From the sequence record AJ697969.1: a DNA stretch of 64,000 bases. One strand, given 5' to 3'. Position 1 is the first letter of the stretch; every line of letters begins with the position of its first letter. Positions 43,613 through 52,667 of the stretch are shown one piece after another. The DNA comes from Pseudomonas phage EL. The notes beneath the pieces are model-generated. The model was not told where the DNA came from, ran no database searches, and saw nothing but the letters and a program-made list of their open reading frames with translations. The position numbers were made by a program, and so were the translations under genes.

Positions 43613-46585
43613 TTAAGCAAAGGGATTGGTATCGGGACTGTTCTCTTCAGGATTGGTCCCATCCTCATTGCCTTCTTCACCCTCAGGAGAGGTTTCTTCT
43701 TCCTCCTCTCCTTCAGTACCTGCTTCAGAACCTTCCTCTTCCTCTATACCTTCCGGTTCTTCCTCTTCCCCGGGAGGGGTATTCTCTAAGGCGTTCTGAT
43801 CCCCTTCAGGGAGATTCGCCTTATCCCTGGCTTCTTGAAGGTCTTTATCAGCCTTATCGATCTTCTTGGCGTGTGCCTTAATGACCTTAGCGTCCGCATC
43901 ACGAGTCCCCGCAATCAGGGCTGCCAGGAACTCCCCGACATTCTGACGCTGACTCACAACGGCGTTCACCAAGGAAGCAAGACCACCACCCTTACCATCG
44001 TTAAGGATGTCGTCAAATGGCATCGGGAGGTTATAGCGCCTGAAGGCTTCAACCGTGAGGACTGACTTCACTTGCTCGTTAATCGCTGTCAGGTTCTTGT
44101 TATTCCCTTCTCCATCATCGGATTCGGGAATACCCAAGAGCTCAGCAATCTGTTTCAGGTTACCCGAATGACCTGCCATAGCGACCCACGACTCCACCAG
44201 CTGACTCACCGTATCCAAACTGTCCTTGAGCTTAGCAGTCGTTTCAACAGAACTGGGGATCGGGAAGTGGGCTTTAAGGTTAGTCAAGAAGTCAACGAGA
44301 ATCATTTTAATGATCTCTTCGTCAGACCCTTCCAGTTTCTCCTTACTGTCCGGTGACCAGAGTTTCTTATTCTCCGAGATCTTGGTCACCAACTTCTTCA
44401 TTAAAGGCACGTTCACGTGAGCATGCTTACGTTCGAAGTCAATAATGAAGTCTGCCAGGCGTTCTTGCCAGTTAACGATTTGGTTCAGGAGCATCTGGTG
44501 TTCAGCCAGGGCCTCAATCTGGAAGTTGTTCTGATCGTCACTGACATCCAACCAACTCCGAGACAGGTGGAAGTAGTTGGCGATCTTGTTCAACAGCTCC
44601 GTACGACTATTCTGATCGACCGGACGGAAGATGTTCTTTTCCAATTGATCGAGCTGAATATCCGAGGCGGGGAAGTAAGGGTTCTCGCCCGCATTGACTT
44701 TAACCGTTAAGGAGTTCTCCCTCAAGGTATCCACAATCATGGGGACTGACAGTTGAGATGTTGAGAGAATACTGTGCAACCGTGGGTTCGCTTCAAAGAA
44801 CGCCGCCCTGGTCGCCGCAATCCCCGCAAAAGGCTCTGCGTCGTTCTCCTGGAGGTTAATCGTCATTTGGGTGTGGGGTGTAGCCGCCTCCAGGTTCGCC
44901 AACGCGTCAGCGAGGTCTAAGGCCGCTAAACGGGCAATGTGCATTTTAGCCATTTGAGTCAACGACTGACCAATCCCTAAACGGTTATAGTTCAGGGCCA
45001 TATAGGTCATCGCTTCCCCAGGCACATACAAACACCGAATCCCCTGTCTCCGGAAAATGCGTTGCAGGAAGATCTTGTTGGCTTCCTCATCGATCTCAAT
45101 ACTGATGTTCTCCCCACGACCACTGAGGACTGACTGCATGTACCGTCGAATGATATTCGATTTCGAGATCTCAATGAACTCGGTCATATCGAAATCACAT
45201 TCTTTCCCTTCTTGGATTTGACGAAGCTGTTGAACCAGGTTGTTCGTACTACCGTTTTTAGGGCGGTTAGCAATCATACTGGCATTGCTTCGGTTACTCT
45301 GGTAGTACTCGAAGTCATTCGTATTCTTCAGGAAACTCCCATCCCGAGGATCTGTGAGGAGGATAAAGTCCGTTTGAGTTCCATTACTCCCGTTGATGTG
45401 AATCGGAATCACCGCTTCACTGGGAACCTTGTAGGTAATCCCCCGTCCATAGGGTGCAATCTTCAAGGCATCGACGGGTTTACTGAATTGAATGATCTGA
45501 CTCACCGGATTCCGTTGAGGGAACAAACGGTTACTCAACTCGTTCAATTCACCTTCCGTTAAGTTAACGGTAGTGGCTTGAGGATCAGCAGGCTTCTTAC
45601 GTTTGCGTTTCTTACCATCCGCATCCGTATAGTGCTGTTGATCATCTCCAGGGTTCGTACGAGCCACCAGAGCGGTTTGGATAATAAGGTCCAACCCTTC
45701 CGCTCCCGTTACCGCGGCAACATTCGACCGACGTTTACTTTCCTCGAACTTCTGGAGGTACAAGACCGCTGGGTTATCGGTCAGGGTAATATCAATCAGC
45801 TGAGCCAATTCCTTCGAGACAGAGTCTTTATCGTCTTCAAAGATATTGAATTCCACTTCAGCATTCTGAGAAGAAGGGTTCAGGAAAAGGGATTCTAGAC
45901 CACTGACGGTGTTATTTGTATTATGACTGGTTCTATTACCGACAAAGACACCTTTGTTCTTCACCCGGACTTTACCGTTGACGACTACGAACTCATGACT
46001 TAGCATCTCTTTAGCCTGGGTCATGAACTGTTCGTTACCGGCAACATCCCCGGATTGCTCCGCACCGTTGATCAAATAATCGAGACCTGGGCGACTCAAG
46101 TTAAACAGCACATAACTCCCGGTATTGAAGAGAATATCCGCGATCATTTCCCTCAAATCTTTCTCGATCTTATAGTCATTGGTATAGTAGCCATCCCAGA
46201 TGGTGAGGAGTTCATCATGCAATTTTGCATTTTTAATAGGGGACGGTTGGGTGTCGTAGGTGAGGATTTTGTCTTGCTTCCCATTGGGGTAGAGTAGACA
46301 CGTCTGCCAGATCAAGGTGGCTTTGTCGATATACGGCGTGATTAACCGCAAATCAGTAGCCGCGTTAATGTTGTTGCTGATGATATTACTCAGCTTTTCC
46401 AGTTTGTAAGGGTTAACCGTCCGATGACCGTTGATCTCATCCCGTTCAGGGGATGAACCGTTACGAGGCGTAGCATTACGCAGGGTCGCTGCAACCACTG
46501 GGTTTTGAGTCGTCAACGATTTACGCAAAGCAGCAAAATCCACCTGCGTGTTACCCTTGGACTGTCTACGAGATGTATCGACCAT
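43613..46585 (-). CDS. large protein with a polyacidic C-terminal tail, 990 aa (portal-like size; function unassigned)
   Basis: ATG at 46585 (MVDTSRR...) preceded by AAGAGG 7 nt upstream. The C-terminal about 70 aa are E/G/P-rich (EEEPEGIEEEEGSEAGTEGEEEEETSPEGEEGNEDG...). Confidence 0.65.
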   Translation of the reverse strand: MVDTSRRQSKGNTQVDFAALRKSLTTQNPVVAATLRNATPRNGSSPERDEINGHRTVNPYKLEKLSNIISNNINAATDLRLITPYIDKATLIWQTCLLYPNGKQDKILTYDTQPSPIKNAKLHDELLTIWDGYYTNDYKIEKDLREMIADILFNTGSYVLFNLSRPGLDYLINGAEQSGDVAGNEQFMTQAKEMLSHEFVVVNGKVRVKNKGVFVGNRTSHNTNNTVSGLESLFLNPSSQNAEVEFNIFEDDKDSVSKELAQLIDITLTDNPAVLYLQKFEESKRRSNVAAVTGAEGLDLIIQTALVARTNPGDDQQHYTDADGKKRKRKKPADPQATTVNLTEGELNELSNRLFPQRNPVSQIIQFSKPVDALKIAPYGRGITYKVPSEAVIPIHINGSNGTQTDFILLTDPRDGSFLKNTNDFEYYQSNRSNASMIANRPKNGSTNNLVQQLRQIQEGKECDFDMTEFIEISKSNIIRRYMQSVLSGRGENISIEIDEEANKIFLQRIFRRQGIRCLYVPGEAMTYMALNYNRLGIGQSLTQMAKMHIARLAALDLADALANLEAATPHTQMTINLQENDAEPFAGIAATRAAFFEANPRLHSILSTSQLSVPMIVDTLRENSLTVKVNAGENPYFPASDIQLDQLEKNIFRPVDQNSRTELLNKIANYFHLSRSWLDVSDDQNNFQIEALAEHQMLLNQIVNWQERLADFIIDFERKHAHVNVPLMKKLVTKISENKKLWSPDSKEKLEGSDEEIIKMILVDFLTNLKAHFPIPSSVETTAKLKDSLDTVSQLVESWVAMAGHSGNLKQIAELLGIPESDDGEGNNKNLTAINEQVKSVLTVEAFRRYNLPMPFDDILNDGKGGGLASLVNAVVSQRQNVGEFLAALIAGTRDADAKVIKAHAKKIDKADKDLQEARDKANLPEGDQNALENTPPGEEEEPEGIEEEEGSEAGTEGEEEEETSPEGEEGNEDGTNPEENSPDTNPFA

Positions 46586-46607
46586 TCTTAACCTCTTCGA
46601 GCGAACT

Positions 46608-48929
46608 ATGGACAATATTGAATTTAATGCTTATCTGACTGACGTGTTTCGTCTAGTCAGAACCATGGTCATCAAAATAGAAGCCATTGCCTTACGGGAT
46701 AACAAAGTCCTGGAGGAAGCGGGTTATCCTGTCGGGTTGGATAAAAGGACCTGGCGGTACTACATGAACCTGAATGGGGACTACCACCCCAATGATCAGA
46801 TCATGACCATTACGTCGATTGATACCGGTGACGAAATTGTCTTCAATAAAGACAACTTGGTGACCCATTTAGCGACGGCCAGGGAGTATGCCACCGGTGG
46901 CTATTGGTTCAATCGCTTGGTTGAACGGTACCCGGGACAAGCTGAATTGATTCGCGGCATTATTGCACCGATCCCCTACGAGGAGACCATAGAGGCCGAG
47001 GACTATAAGATCCTCAAATACAATAAGGCTTTGGTGCAGTGGAATGAGGACCAATTGATCCCTCAACTCCAAGCTTGGATCTACAGTGAAGTGGAACAAG
47101 TCTTCCGCCACGAATACCGGTTAACAGATGACTTGATGCTCCCTTTCGGGATTATGTTGCTGTATGCTGATCTGTTCAAAGCCATTTGTACCATTCGGCA
47201 TGAAGCCATTGGGACGCGGTACGCCCATGATTTCTATATTTGGAGTCACATTGATTCCTACGGGGCGTTCTCCAAGTACAAGGAAAGTTTAGATCGGTAT
47301 CAAACCATGTGGTTGTACCGCAACATTGCGTGGATTGATAACAACCCCGGTCAGCAGTATACCTTTGGGAAGTTGATGGACAACCTCCTGACCCACGCAC
47401 GTATTCCCCTGGCCAAGTTTGATATGGTGGAGAATACAGCGAATCAGTTGGAAGAATTGGTTCCCAATCCCCTGTACCGTAGGCTCCAGCTTAACTTGCA
47501 GGAAGACTACGGTCGAGAAGCCACGTTTATCGATACCCAACACATGATCGATAAACAACAACCCTTGGCAAAAGAGAACCCTAATCAAGCGTCCATGTAC
47601 TATCACGACGCGTTGCAGAAAGGGAAACACAGTAACCATTCTGAACTGCCCACGAAGACGTTGGAATCCAAAATGATGGATTACACCAACCGTCACATCG
47701 ATACCAAGATGTCGGTAGTCTTTAATGAATGGATTTACTTAACCGCTAAGGGGTACTTTAAAGGGCGTATTCTGGTTACCGATCCTAAATCCGGTAAACA
47801 GGTCAGACTCCCGGTTGGGGATGCCTACTACGTGTGGCGGTACTTGGTGGACTTCGCCAGGGATCAAAAACCGGTCAACATCTGTCCGGCGTATTACCAC
47901 AATGTATTGAAAGCGGTTCCTCCCACCCTGGAAGCCTTGATTGATATTGGGGGTCCTTCGTTCATTACGCCGATTATGGCGTATGACGTCCGTAACGTGT
48001 GGATTCCGGTGAACACCTTTATTGCACCGGAATACCTCATGGCGTATTCTGAAGAAGTCTACGCACTCATGTGGAAACACAAGAAGATGTCAAGTCAGTT
48101 CTACGACTTGAACATGCGCGCGCGGATGGAGAACACCACGAAGTTCATGTACGAGTCTGGAATCGCTACGATCACGGACCTGACTACCTACCAACAACTC
48201 CTGAACCGGTATGAGTTCGACTTTACGGAATACACTCCGGAAGAAGCCCGTAACTTTGCCTGGGAGATCTTCAAACGCATCACGGGTTGGGACAGCAACA
48301 ATAACCCGTCCTTGAGGATTAAACAGTCAAACCTCATTGATATCATGATGCAGCTGTCGTCTTACACCATCCAGGTCATTAAGGAAATCGATGACGGTAC
48401 GGACTTAACAGAGCTCCCCAGTGAGATCTTTATTGGGGATCCCCGGTGGATTGGGAAGGGAAATGGCGCCTTCGGGGATTACACCCATGTTCAGATGGAT
48501 ATTCCCACTCATTTCGATGGTGTTCGCACCGTTGAAGAGGTTCATCCCCTGGTTGAACCTATGATCCCTGAGGTGGCAGCGATTGCGGAAGGGTATGGGG
48601 TGGCGCGTAGCGATGATATCTTTGAACGGGTGGATTTCAGCACCAACCTGTTGGACTACGCGGTTCGGATAATCGATGACTCCTATTTCAGGCTGTTACC
48701 AGCAGATCGTATGGGCCTCCCTGAAACTAATTACGGGCGTCTGGTATTTAAAGAGCTGCATAAGGAAACCCCTGTAGGTCCAGCGGACTATGGTCGCCTG
48801 GTGTTTAAGGAGCTGAGTCCCCTGACGGTGATTGACCCAGCTAACTACGGCAGACTGGTCTTAAGAGGGCCGGTTAAGGCGATCACTCCTAGTGGAAGAC
48901 TTCAATTTAAAGACGTTAATAAGGACTAA
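46608..48929 (+). CDS. hypothetical protein with C-terminal YGRLVFKEL-type repeats, 773 aa
   Basis: ATG at 46608 (MDNIEF...), only 22 nt from the divergent gene's start. No Walker motifs seen. Confidence 0.6.
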   Translation: MDNIEFNAYLTDVFRLVRTMVIKIEAIALRDNKVLEEAGYPVGLDKRTWRYYMNLNGDYHPNDQIMTITSIDTGDEIVFNKDNLVTHLATAREYATGGYWFNRLVERYPGQAELIRGIIAPIPYEETIEAEDYKILKYNKALVQWNEDQLIPQLQAWIYSEVEQVFRHEYRLTDDLMLPFGIMLLYADLFKAICTIRHEAIGTRYAHDFYIWSHIDSYGAFSKYKESLDRYQTMWLYRNIAWIDNNPGQQYTFGKLMDNLLTHARIPLAKFDMVENTANQLEELVPNPLYRRLQLNLQEDYGREATFIDTQHMIDKQQPLAKENPNQASMYYHDALQKGKHSNHSELPTKTLESKMMDYTNRHIDTKMSVVFNEWIYLTAKGYFKGRILVTDPKSGKQVRLPVGDAYYVWRYLVDFARDQKPVNICPAYYHNVLKAVPPTLEALIDIGGPSFITPIMAYDVRNVWIPVNTFIAPEYLMAYSEEVYALMWKHKKMSSQFYDLNMRARMENTTKFMYESGIATITDLTTYQQLLNRYEFDFTEYTPEEARNFAWEIFKRITGWDSNNNPSLRIKQSNLIDIMMQLSSYTIQVIKEIDDGTDLTELPSEIFIGDPRWIGKGNGAFGDYTHVQMDIPTHFDGVRTVEEVHPLVEPMIPEVAAIAEGYGVARSDDIFERVDFSTNLLDYAVRIIDDSYFRLLPADRMGLPETNYGRLVFKELHKETPVGPADYGRLVFKELSPLTVIDPANYGRLVLRGPVKAITPSGRLQFKDVNKD
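48727..48920 (+). repeat. protein-level tandem repeats, (N/D)YGRLVFKEL x2 plus degenerate copies
   Basis: PETNYGRLVFKELHKETPVGPADYGRLVFKELSPLTVIDPANYGRLVLRGPVKAITPSGRLQFKD. The DNA copies differ at synonymous sites. Confidence 0.6.
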
Positions 48930-48943
48930 AGGAGAAGAGTCTA

Positions 48944-49342
48944 ATGACCAAAGAGTTGAGACTCATTAAGGAGTCTTTTTGTCGTCTTCACGGGTTAGAT
49001 AAGGCAACGGCCTTGAACATTGAATATCAAGGCCGTAATCCCACCACCCTCAATGCGATGTTCATCCTTCACGGGGACGGCATCCCTTGCACACGGTATG
49101 AGCACGAACGCATCAGTTTGACGCCCCACACCCTGAATCGTTCCCTGGACCTTGACAGCAGTCTTAAACTCCACCGTTCTGATATTAACGCTGAGATGAT
49201 CAGCGCTTGGTTTAATACCCATACGAACGAATCCCTGCTGCCCCAGGACGTGGGTAAACTCATTATTGGAGACCGCGTGACAGTGATCTGTTCCACGGAT
49301 TCTATGCGCTTTAAGCACTCCTTTTCGATGGCTTTTAAATAG
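48944..49342 (+). CDS. hypothetical protein, 132 aa
   Basis: ORF preceded by AAGGAGAAGAG. Confidence 0.55.
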   Translation: MTKELRLIKESFCRLHGLDKATALNIEYQGRNPTTLNAMFILHGDGIPCTRYEHERISLTPHTLNRSLDLDSSLKLHRSDINAEMISAWFNTHTNESLLPQDVGKLIIGDRVTVICSTDSMRFKHSFSMAFK

Positions 49343-49350
49343 GAATCACC

Positions 49351-50298
49351 ATGGCACTTTCTGCTAATGAACTCCAGGATCAGAATCGATCTGAGGTTCC
49401 CGCTCAGACGACCACGAATACCTCCATGGGTAATCTGATCGCGAAATGTATCGTCACTGGTCAACCGATTACCATTCCCAAGTACACCACGCTCAATGAG
49501 CATTATGGTATTCTGGCTGAAGAATCCCTGGGAAGTAAGAATTCCCGAGATTTCTACTTGAAGTATTTCGGGATTGGTGTAAGGGGATCCAACTGTGATG
49601 GTAAAGACAGTCGGGGGGTCAGTCGATTGAAGGTTAACCAACACCAACCGATTGACATGAACTTGTTCACCGCAGTTCCCTTTATTGCACGTCCTTTGGA
49701 CGCCCCTTTGGACAACCTTAACCGCGAGAAGTTTCGTATGAGGACCGTGGAGGCTAGAAACGGTATTCCTTACGAGTTCTATTGGTTGAAGTTGGTTAAT
49801 TTCGATAACTATAATCCAACCGAAAACAAGATCACTCGTGATCCTGTAACCGGTCTGGAGGATGTTAAACCTTACATTCACCGTAAAGACGACCTGGACA
49901 ACCCACAACCGGTTGACTTTACCAGTGAGGGTAACATTCCTGTCAGCAATGAGTACATTAACAGTTCGGCTATTTTGGACTGTTCGTTGACTCAATCTGA
50001 TTTGCGTGAGATTTCACAAGCCTGCAAAATCTACTACGGGGATGCGGGATACGCATCCATTAACGAAGTGGGTGTTGCCTATGGGATTGATACTCAATTC
50101 CGTGGGGAGATTGCTGGAGGCGCGACTATCCAGTATACCGAGGTCATGAGTGCAGTCTTTGCTCACTACATGACCGAGCGTGATGGTCGCAATGCGCTCT
50201 CTAACATCAAGATCCAGCTTGCGTTTGACCACGGTGCAAGCGCGCCCATGCTCTTGCATACCAACTCAACTCAACCCCCAACTGGACAAGGAAACTGA
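49351..50298 (+). CDS. hypothetical protein, 315 aa
   Basis: ORF in the operon. Confidence 0.6.
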   Translation: MALSANELQDQNRSEVPAQTTTNTSMGNLIAKCIVTGQPITIPKYTTLNEHYGILAEESLGSKNSRDFYLKYFGIGVRGSNCDGKDSRGVSRLKVNQHQPIDMNLFTAVPFIARPLDAPLDNLNREKFRMRTVEARNGIPYEFYWLKLVNFDNYNPTENKITRDPVTGLEDVKPYIHRKDDLDNPQPVDFTSEGNIPVSNEYINSSAILDCSLTQSDLREISQACKIYYGDAGYASINEVGVAYGIDTQFRGEIAGGATIQYTEVMSAVFAHYMTERDGRNALSNIKIQLAFDHGASAPMLLHTNSTQPPTGQGN

Positions 50299-50301
50299 CC
50301 C

Positions 50302-50934
50302 ATGGAAATCCCAGCTATACTAAAAGGAGAAGTTCACCTTCCACTGGTTGAGAATATGACGGCAGGTCAGGCAATTGAGATAGCCAACGCCTTCTATCAA
50401 ACCACCCTGAAACCGGAAGACTTCAAGGAAGCCCAAGCCATCGTTGATGGTGATAAAGTCATTCTGGACCTGCTCGACCCTGTGACGGGTGAGGTTGTGG
50501 TGCATTTCGTCAACAAAGCGGGTGTTACACGTAAGCCGCTGGACGATACCACCCTGGTCAATCCCATGGCGGCGGTCGTGAATGCCGATGAGAACATCAT
50601 CTGGGCGGGTCCACCGGAGTTTGTGGGGAGTGTCACGGAGCTGGATTGGCTGAGGTATATTACCGACGCGCCACCACCCATGACCCCTGATCCGATGGAC
50701 TATGCCAAACGGATGGCCACCCTGCTGAATCAGTACAACATTGCGGGTGGTCGGTGGACCAATAACTGGAGTGCGGACCTTCCACGCTCTGTGACGGCAT
50801 TCCACGTGGCATATCGTGGTGACGCCCAATGGGCTCCGTCCAAGTTCATGTTGAATGATCTTGTGTCTGAGTTCATCGTGGTGATTTACCTACCCTACGC
50901 CCACCCCGCCTGTTACGTGTGCTTTGCGTCCTAA
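50302..50934 (+). CDS. hypothetical protein, 210 aa
   Basis: ORF starting 3 nt after the previous stop. Confidence 0.6.
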   Translation: MEIPAILKGEVHLPLVENMTAGQAIEIANAFYQTTLKPEDFKEAQAIVDGDKVILDLLDPVTGEVVVHFVNKAGVTRKPLDDTTLVNPMAAVVNADENIIWAGPPEFVGSVTELDWLRYITDAPPPMTPDPMDYAKRMATLLNQYNIAGGRWTNNWSADLPRSVTAFHVAYRGDAQWAPSKFMLNDLVSEFIVVIYLPYAHPACYVCFAS

Positions 50935-51509
50935 AGCCCTCTGATAGTGTACGGGTCTTAGCCATAGATCCGTCCACTACCTGTATGGGGGTGAGTGTCT
51001 TCGACATCAATATTGCTAAAGCTGAACCGTTTAAGTTGATTTACGCGAACACGATCTTTGGTAATAAGTTGTTGTTTGACATTCCAGCACAATTTGATGA
51101 TCGCGCGGACACTGGTATTGCGGCAAGAAGTTACGGTATGGCGCGCAGTTTAAGTCAACTGTTAGCTATCTTCGAACCCGACAGTGGGATCTGTGAGGAT
51201 AACTTCCTCGGTATGTCTCCGCTTACATTTAAGCAGTTGATTCAAGTGGTCTCCTTGTTACGTGAAACCTTCGTTACCCACGGTATTCATTTGTCGTATC
51301 TCCTCCCTCGTTTAGCTAAAGCCGTGGTGGGTGCAGATTTCAGTGGGAGTAAGAAGGAGGATGTTCATAAAGGGGTGATGGACTATCCGTGGTTAGACGC
51401 CGGCGAGATTGATTTGACGGTTCTGGATGAACACTCCGCTGACAGTGTCGCTATCGGCCTCTATCGGTGTGAGCAGATCGCCCGGCATTACGGTGTCTCA
51501 GAGAGGTGA
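50919..51509 (+). CDS. RuvC-like Holliday-junction resolvase (RNase H-fold endonuclease), 196 aa
   Basis: N-terminal VRVLAIDPSTTCMGVSVFD matches the RuvC LGIDPGxxxxGxAV catalytic-Asp motif. Later ICEDNFLGMSP and a C-terminal HSADSVAIGL (RuvC DAADALAIA-like) complete an acidic tetrad. Confidence 0.5.
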   Translation: MLCVLKPSDSVRVLAIDPSTTCMGVSVFDINIAKAEPFKLIYANTIFGNKLLFDIPAQFDDRADTGIAARSYGMARSLSQLLAIFEPDSGICEDNFLGMSPLTFKQLIQVVSLLRETFVTHGIHLSYLLPRLAKAVVGADFSGSKKEDVHKGVMDYPWLDAGEIDLTVLDEHSADSVAIGLYRCEQIARHYGVSER

Positions 51510-51514
51510 ACGTA

Positions 51515-51885
51515 TGACTGAAACAACTCAAGACGATGACCCAGAGCTACCCGCCAATTCTCCTCCTGTTGAAGGAGGAGTGGAACGGGAGATCTTTGGT
51601 AAATGGAAAGTATTGTTGATTAACCTCGGTGGTATCCTTTCCGTGTTGGTGGTGTGTTTAACGGCACTGATTAACTCGTTTACTATTTACCTGTCAGTAA
51701 CCACCAATGGTAAATGGCCCAGTGAGATGAGTATGTTCATCATGATGGTGGGGCCGGTGATCTGTGCATGGGGGTGGATGAACGTTAACGGTACCTTAAA
51801 GACTATTATGTCTCAATCGGGGTTTAGTAACAAAATGAGAACCAAGGTGGCTGAGATCATTGCGCCTAAGCCCAAGACAGAATAA
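51515..51885 (+). CDS. small membrane protein with two TM segments, 123 aa (holin-like topology; speculative)
   Basis: ATG at 51515 preceded by GAGAGGTG. TM segments VLLINLGGILSVLVVCLTALI and SMFIMMVGPVICAWGWM. Converges on the spanin genes. Confidence 0.45.
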
Positions 51886-51898
51886 ACCCAATAGGAAT

Positions 51899-51930
51899 CC
51901 TACCTGTAGCCTTTGCGGGCTACAGGTAGG
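51899..51930. terminator. bidirectional hairpin, CCTACCTGTAGCC-TTTGCG-GGCTACAGGTAGG
   Basis: A 13-bp perfect stem between the convergent genes. Shares a 15-mer with the hairpin at 10965. Confidence 0.65.
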
Positions 51931-51946
51931 ATTTATCACGCGTCTG

Positions 51947-52396
51947 TCATTCAGGTAGAGCTAAACTCTCAATTAACACATTGATGTTATCAATCAACTG
52001 TGAAATGGTACGCTGGCTGGCGTATAACTTCATGTTGCTGTCATCCAACGCCCGGGTCGTATTGATCAGCAGTACCCGGGTAACTCGATAACAGAGCTCT
52101 CGTGCCTCCCGAGAGGGTTTCTCCAAGCAGTCATACTCCAGCAGAAAGGTCGTTAAACTACTTAACTGACTAGGAGGCATCTCCGCGGGTGGGTTCTTGA
52201 GTTGAGGGAGCACTTGGGTCAGCCTTTCCTGAGCTGCCAGGACTTGCTTCCGGTACGTGTTGATCCTTACTTGCTCCGCTTGAACCTGGAGGATTGAGTT
52301 GGTCTCGGACAGTTTGGGATTGTTGCTGCATCCCACTAGGATCAGGGATACTAGACAGATTAACATCCACCCCATACTTTTCAAGTAGTTTTGCAT
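51947..52396 (-). CDS. o-spanin candidate (outer-membrane lipoprotein), 149 aa
   Basis: Signal peptide with the lipobox LILVG|C (MGWMLICLVSLILVGCSNNPK). It starts inside the i-spanin gene in another frame and extends 223 nt beyond it, an overlapped Rz/Rz1-type arrangement. Confidence 0.5.
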   Translation of the reverse strand: MQNYLKSMGWMLICLVSLILVGCSNNPKLSETNSILQVQAEQVRINTYRKQVLAAQERLTQVLPQLKNPPAEMPPSQLSSLTTFLLEYDCLEKPSREARELCYRVTRVLLINTTRALDDSNMKLYASQRTISQLIDNINVLIESLALPE

Positions 52397-52631
52397 AGCC
52401 TGAGTTGTCCTCTTCAGTTCGCTGTTCCAACTGACGGGCGAGGGTTTGAGTCAAGGCGGCTGTGGCATTGGAATTGTTTTCCATGTTGTCAGCCACCCGT
52501 TGCAACTGGTTGGTAACGCGCTGAATCCCATTAACCGCTTCTACACTGATAGTGGGGTTACGTGGCACAATAGCCTGCCACGCGACAACCGCCAGAATCA
52601 ATATTAGAACCACGTCTCTAATCCATGTCAT
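52170..52631 (-). CDS. i-spanin candidate (type II inner-membrane protein), 153 aa
   Basis: Start at the ATG at 52631 (MTWIRDVVLILILAVVAWQAIV, an N-terminal TM) with a TAGGAGGAT RBS 5 nt upstream. Periplasmic coiled coil followed by a Pro/Ser-rich C-terminus. Confidence 0.5.
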   Translation of the reverse strand: MTWIRDVVLILILAVVAWQAIVPRNPTISVEAVNGIQRVTNQLQRVADNMENNSNATAALTQTLARQLEQRTEEDNSGYAKLLEKYGVDVNLSSIPDPSGMQQQSQTVRDQLNPPGSSGASKDQHVPEASPGSSGKADPSAPSTQEPTRGDAS

Positions 52632-52667
52632 AATGGATCCTCCTAACGGTATTGGGTTCATAACAGG

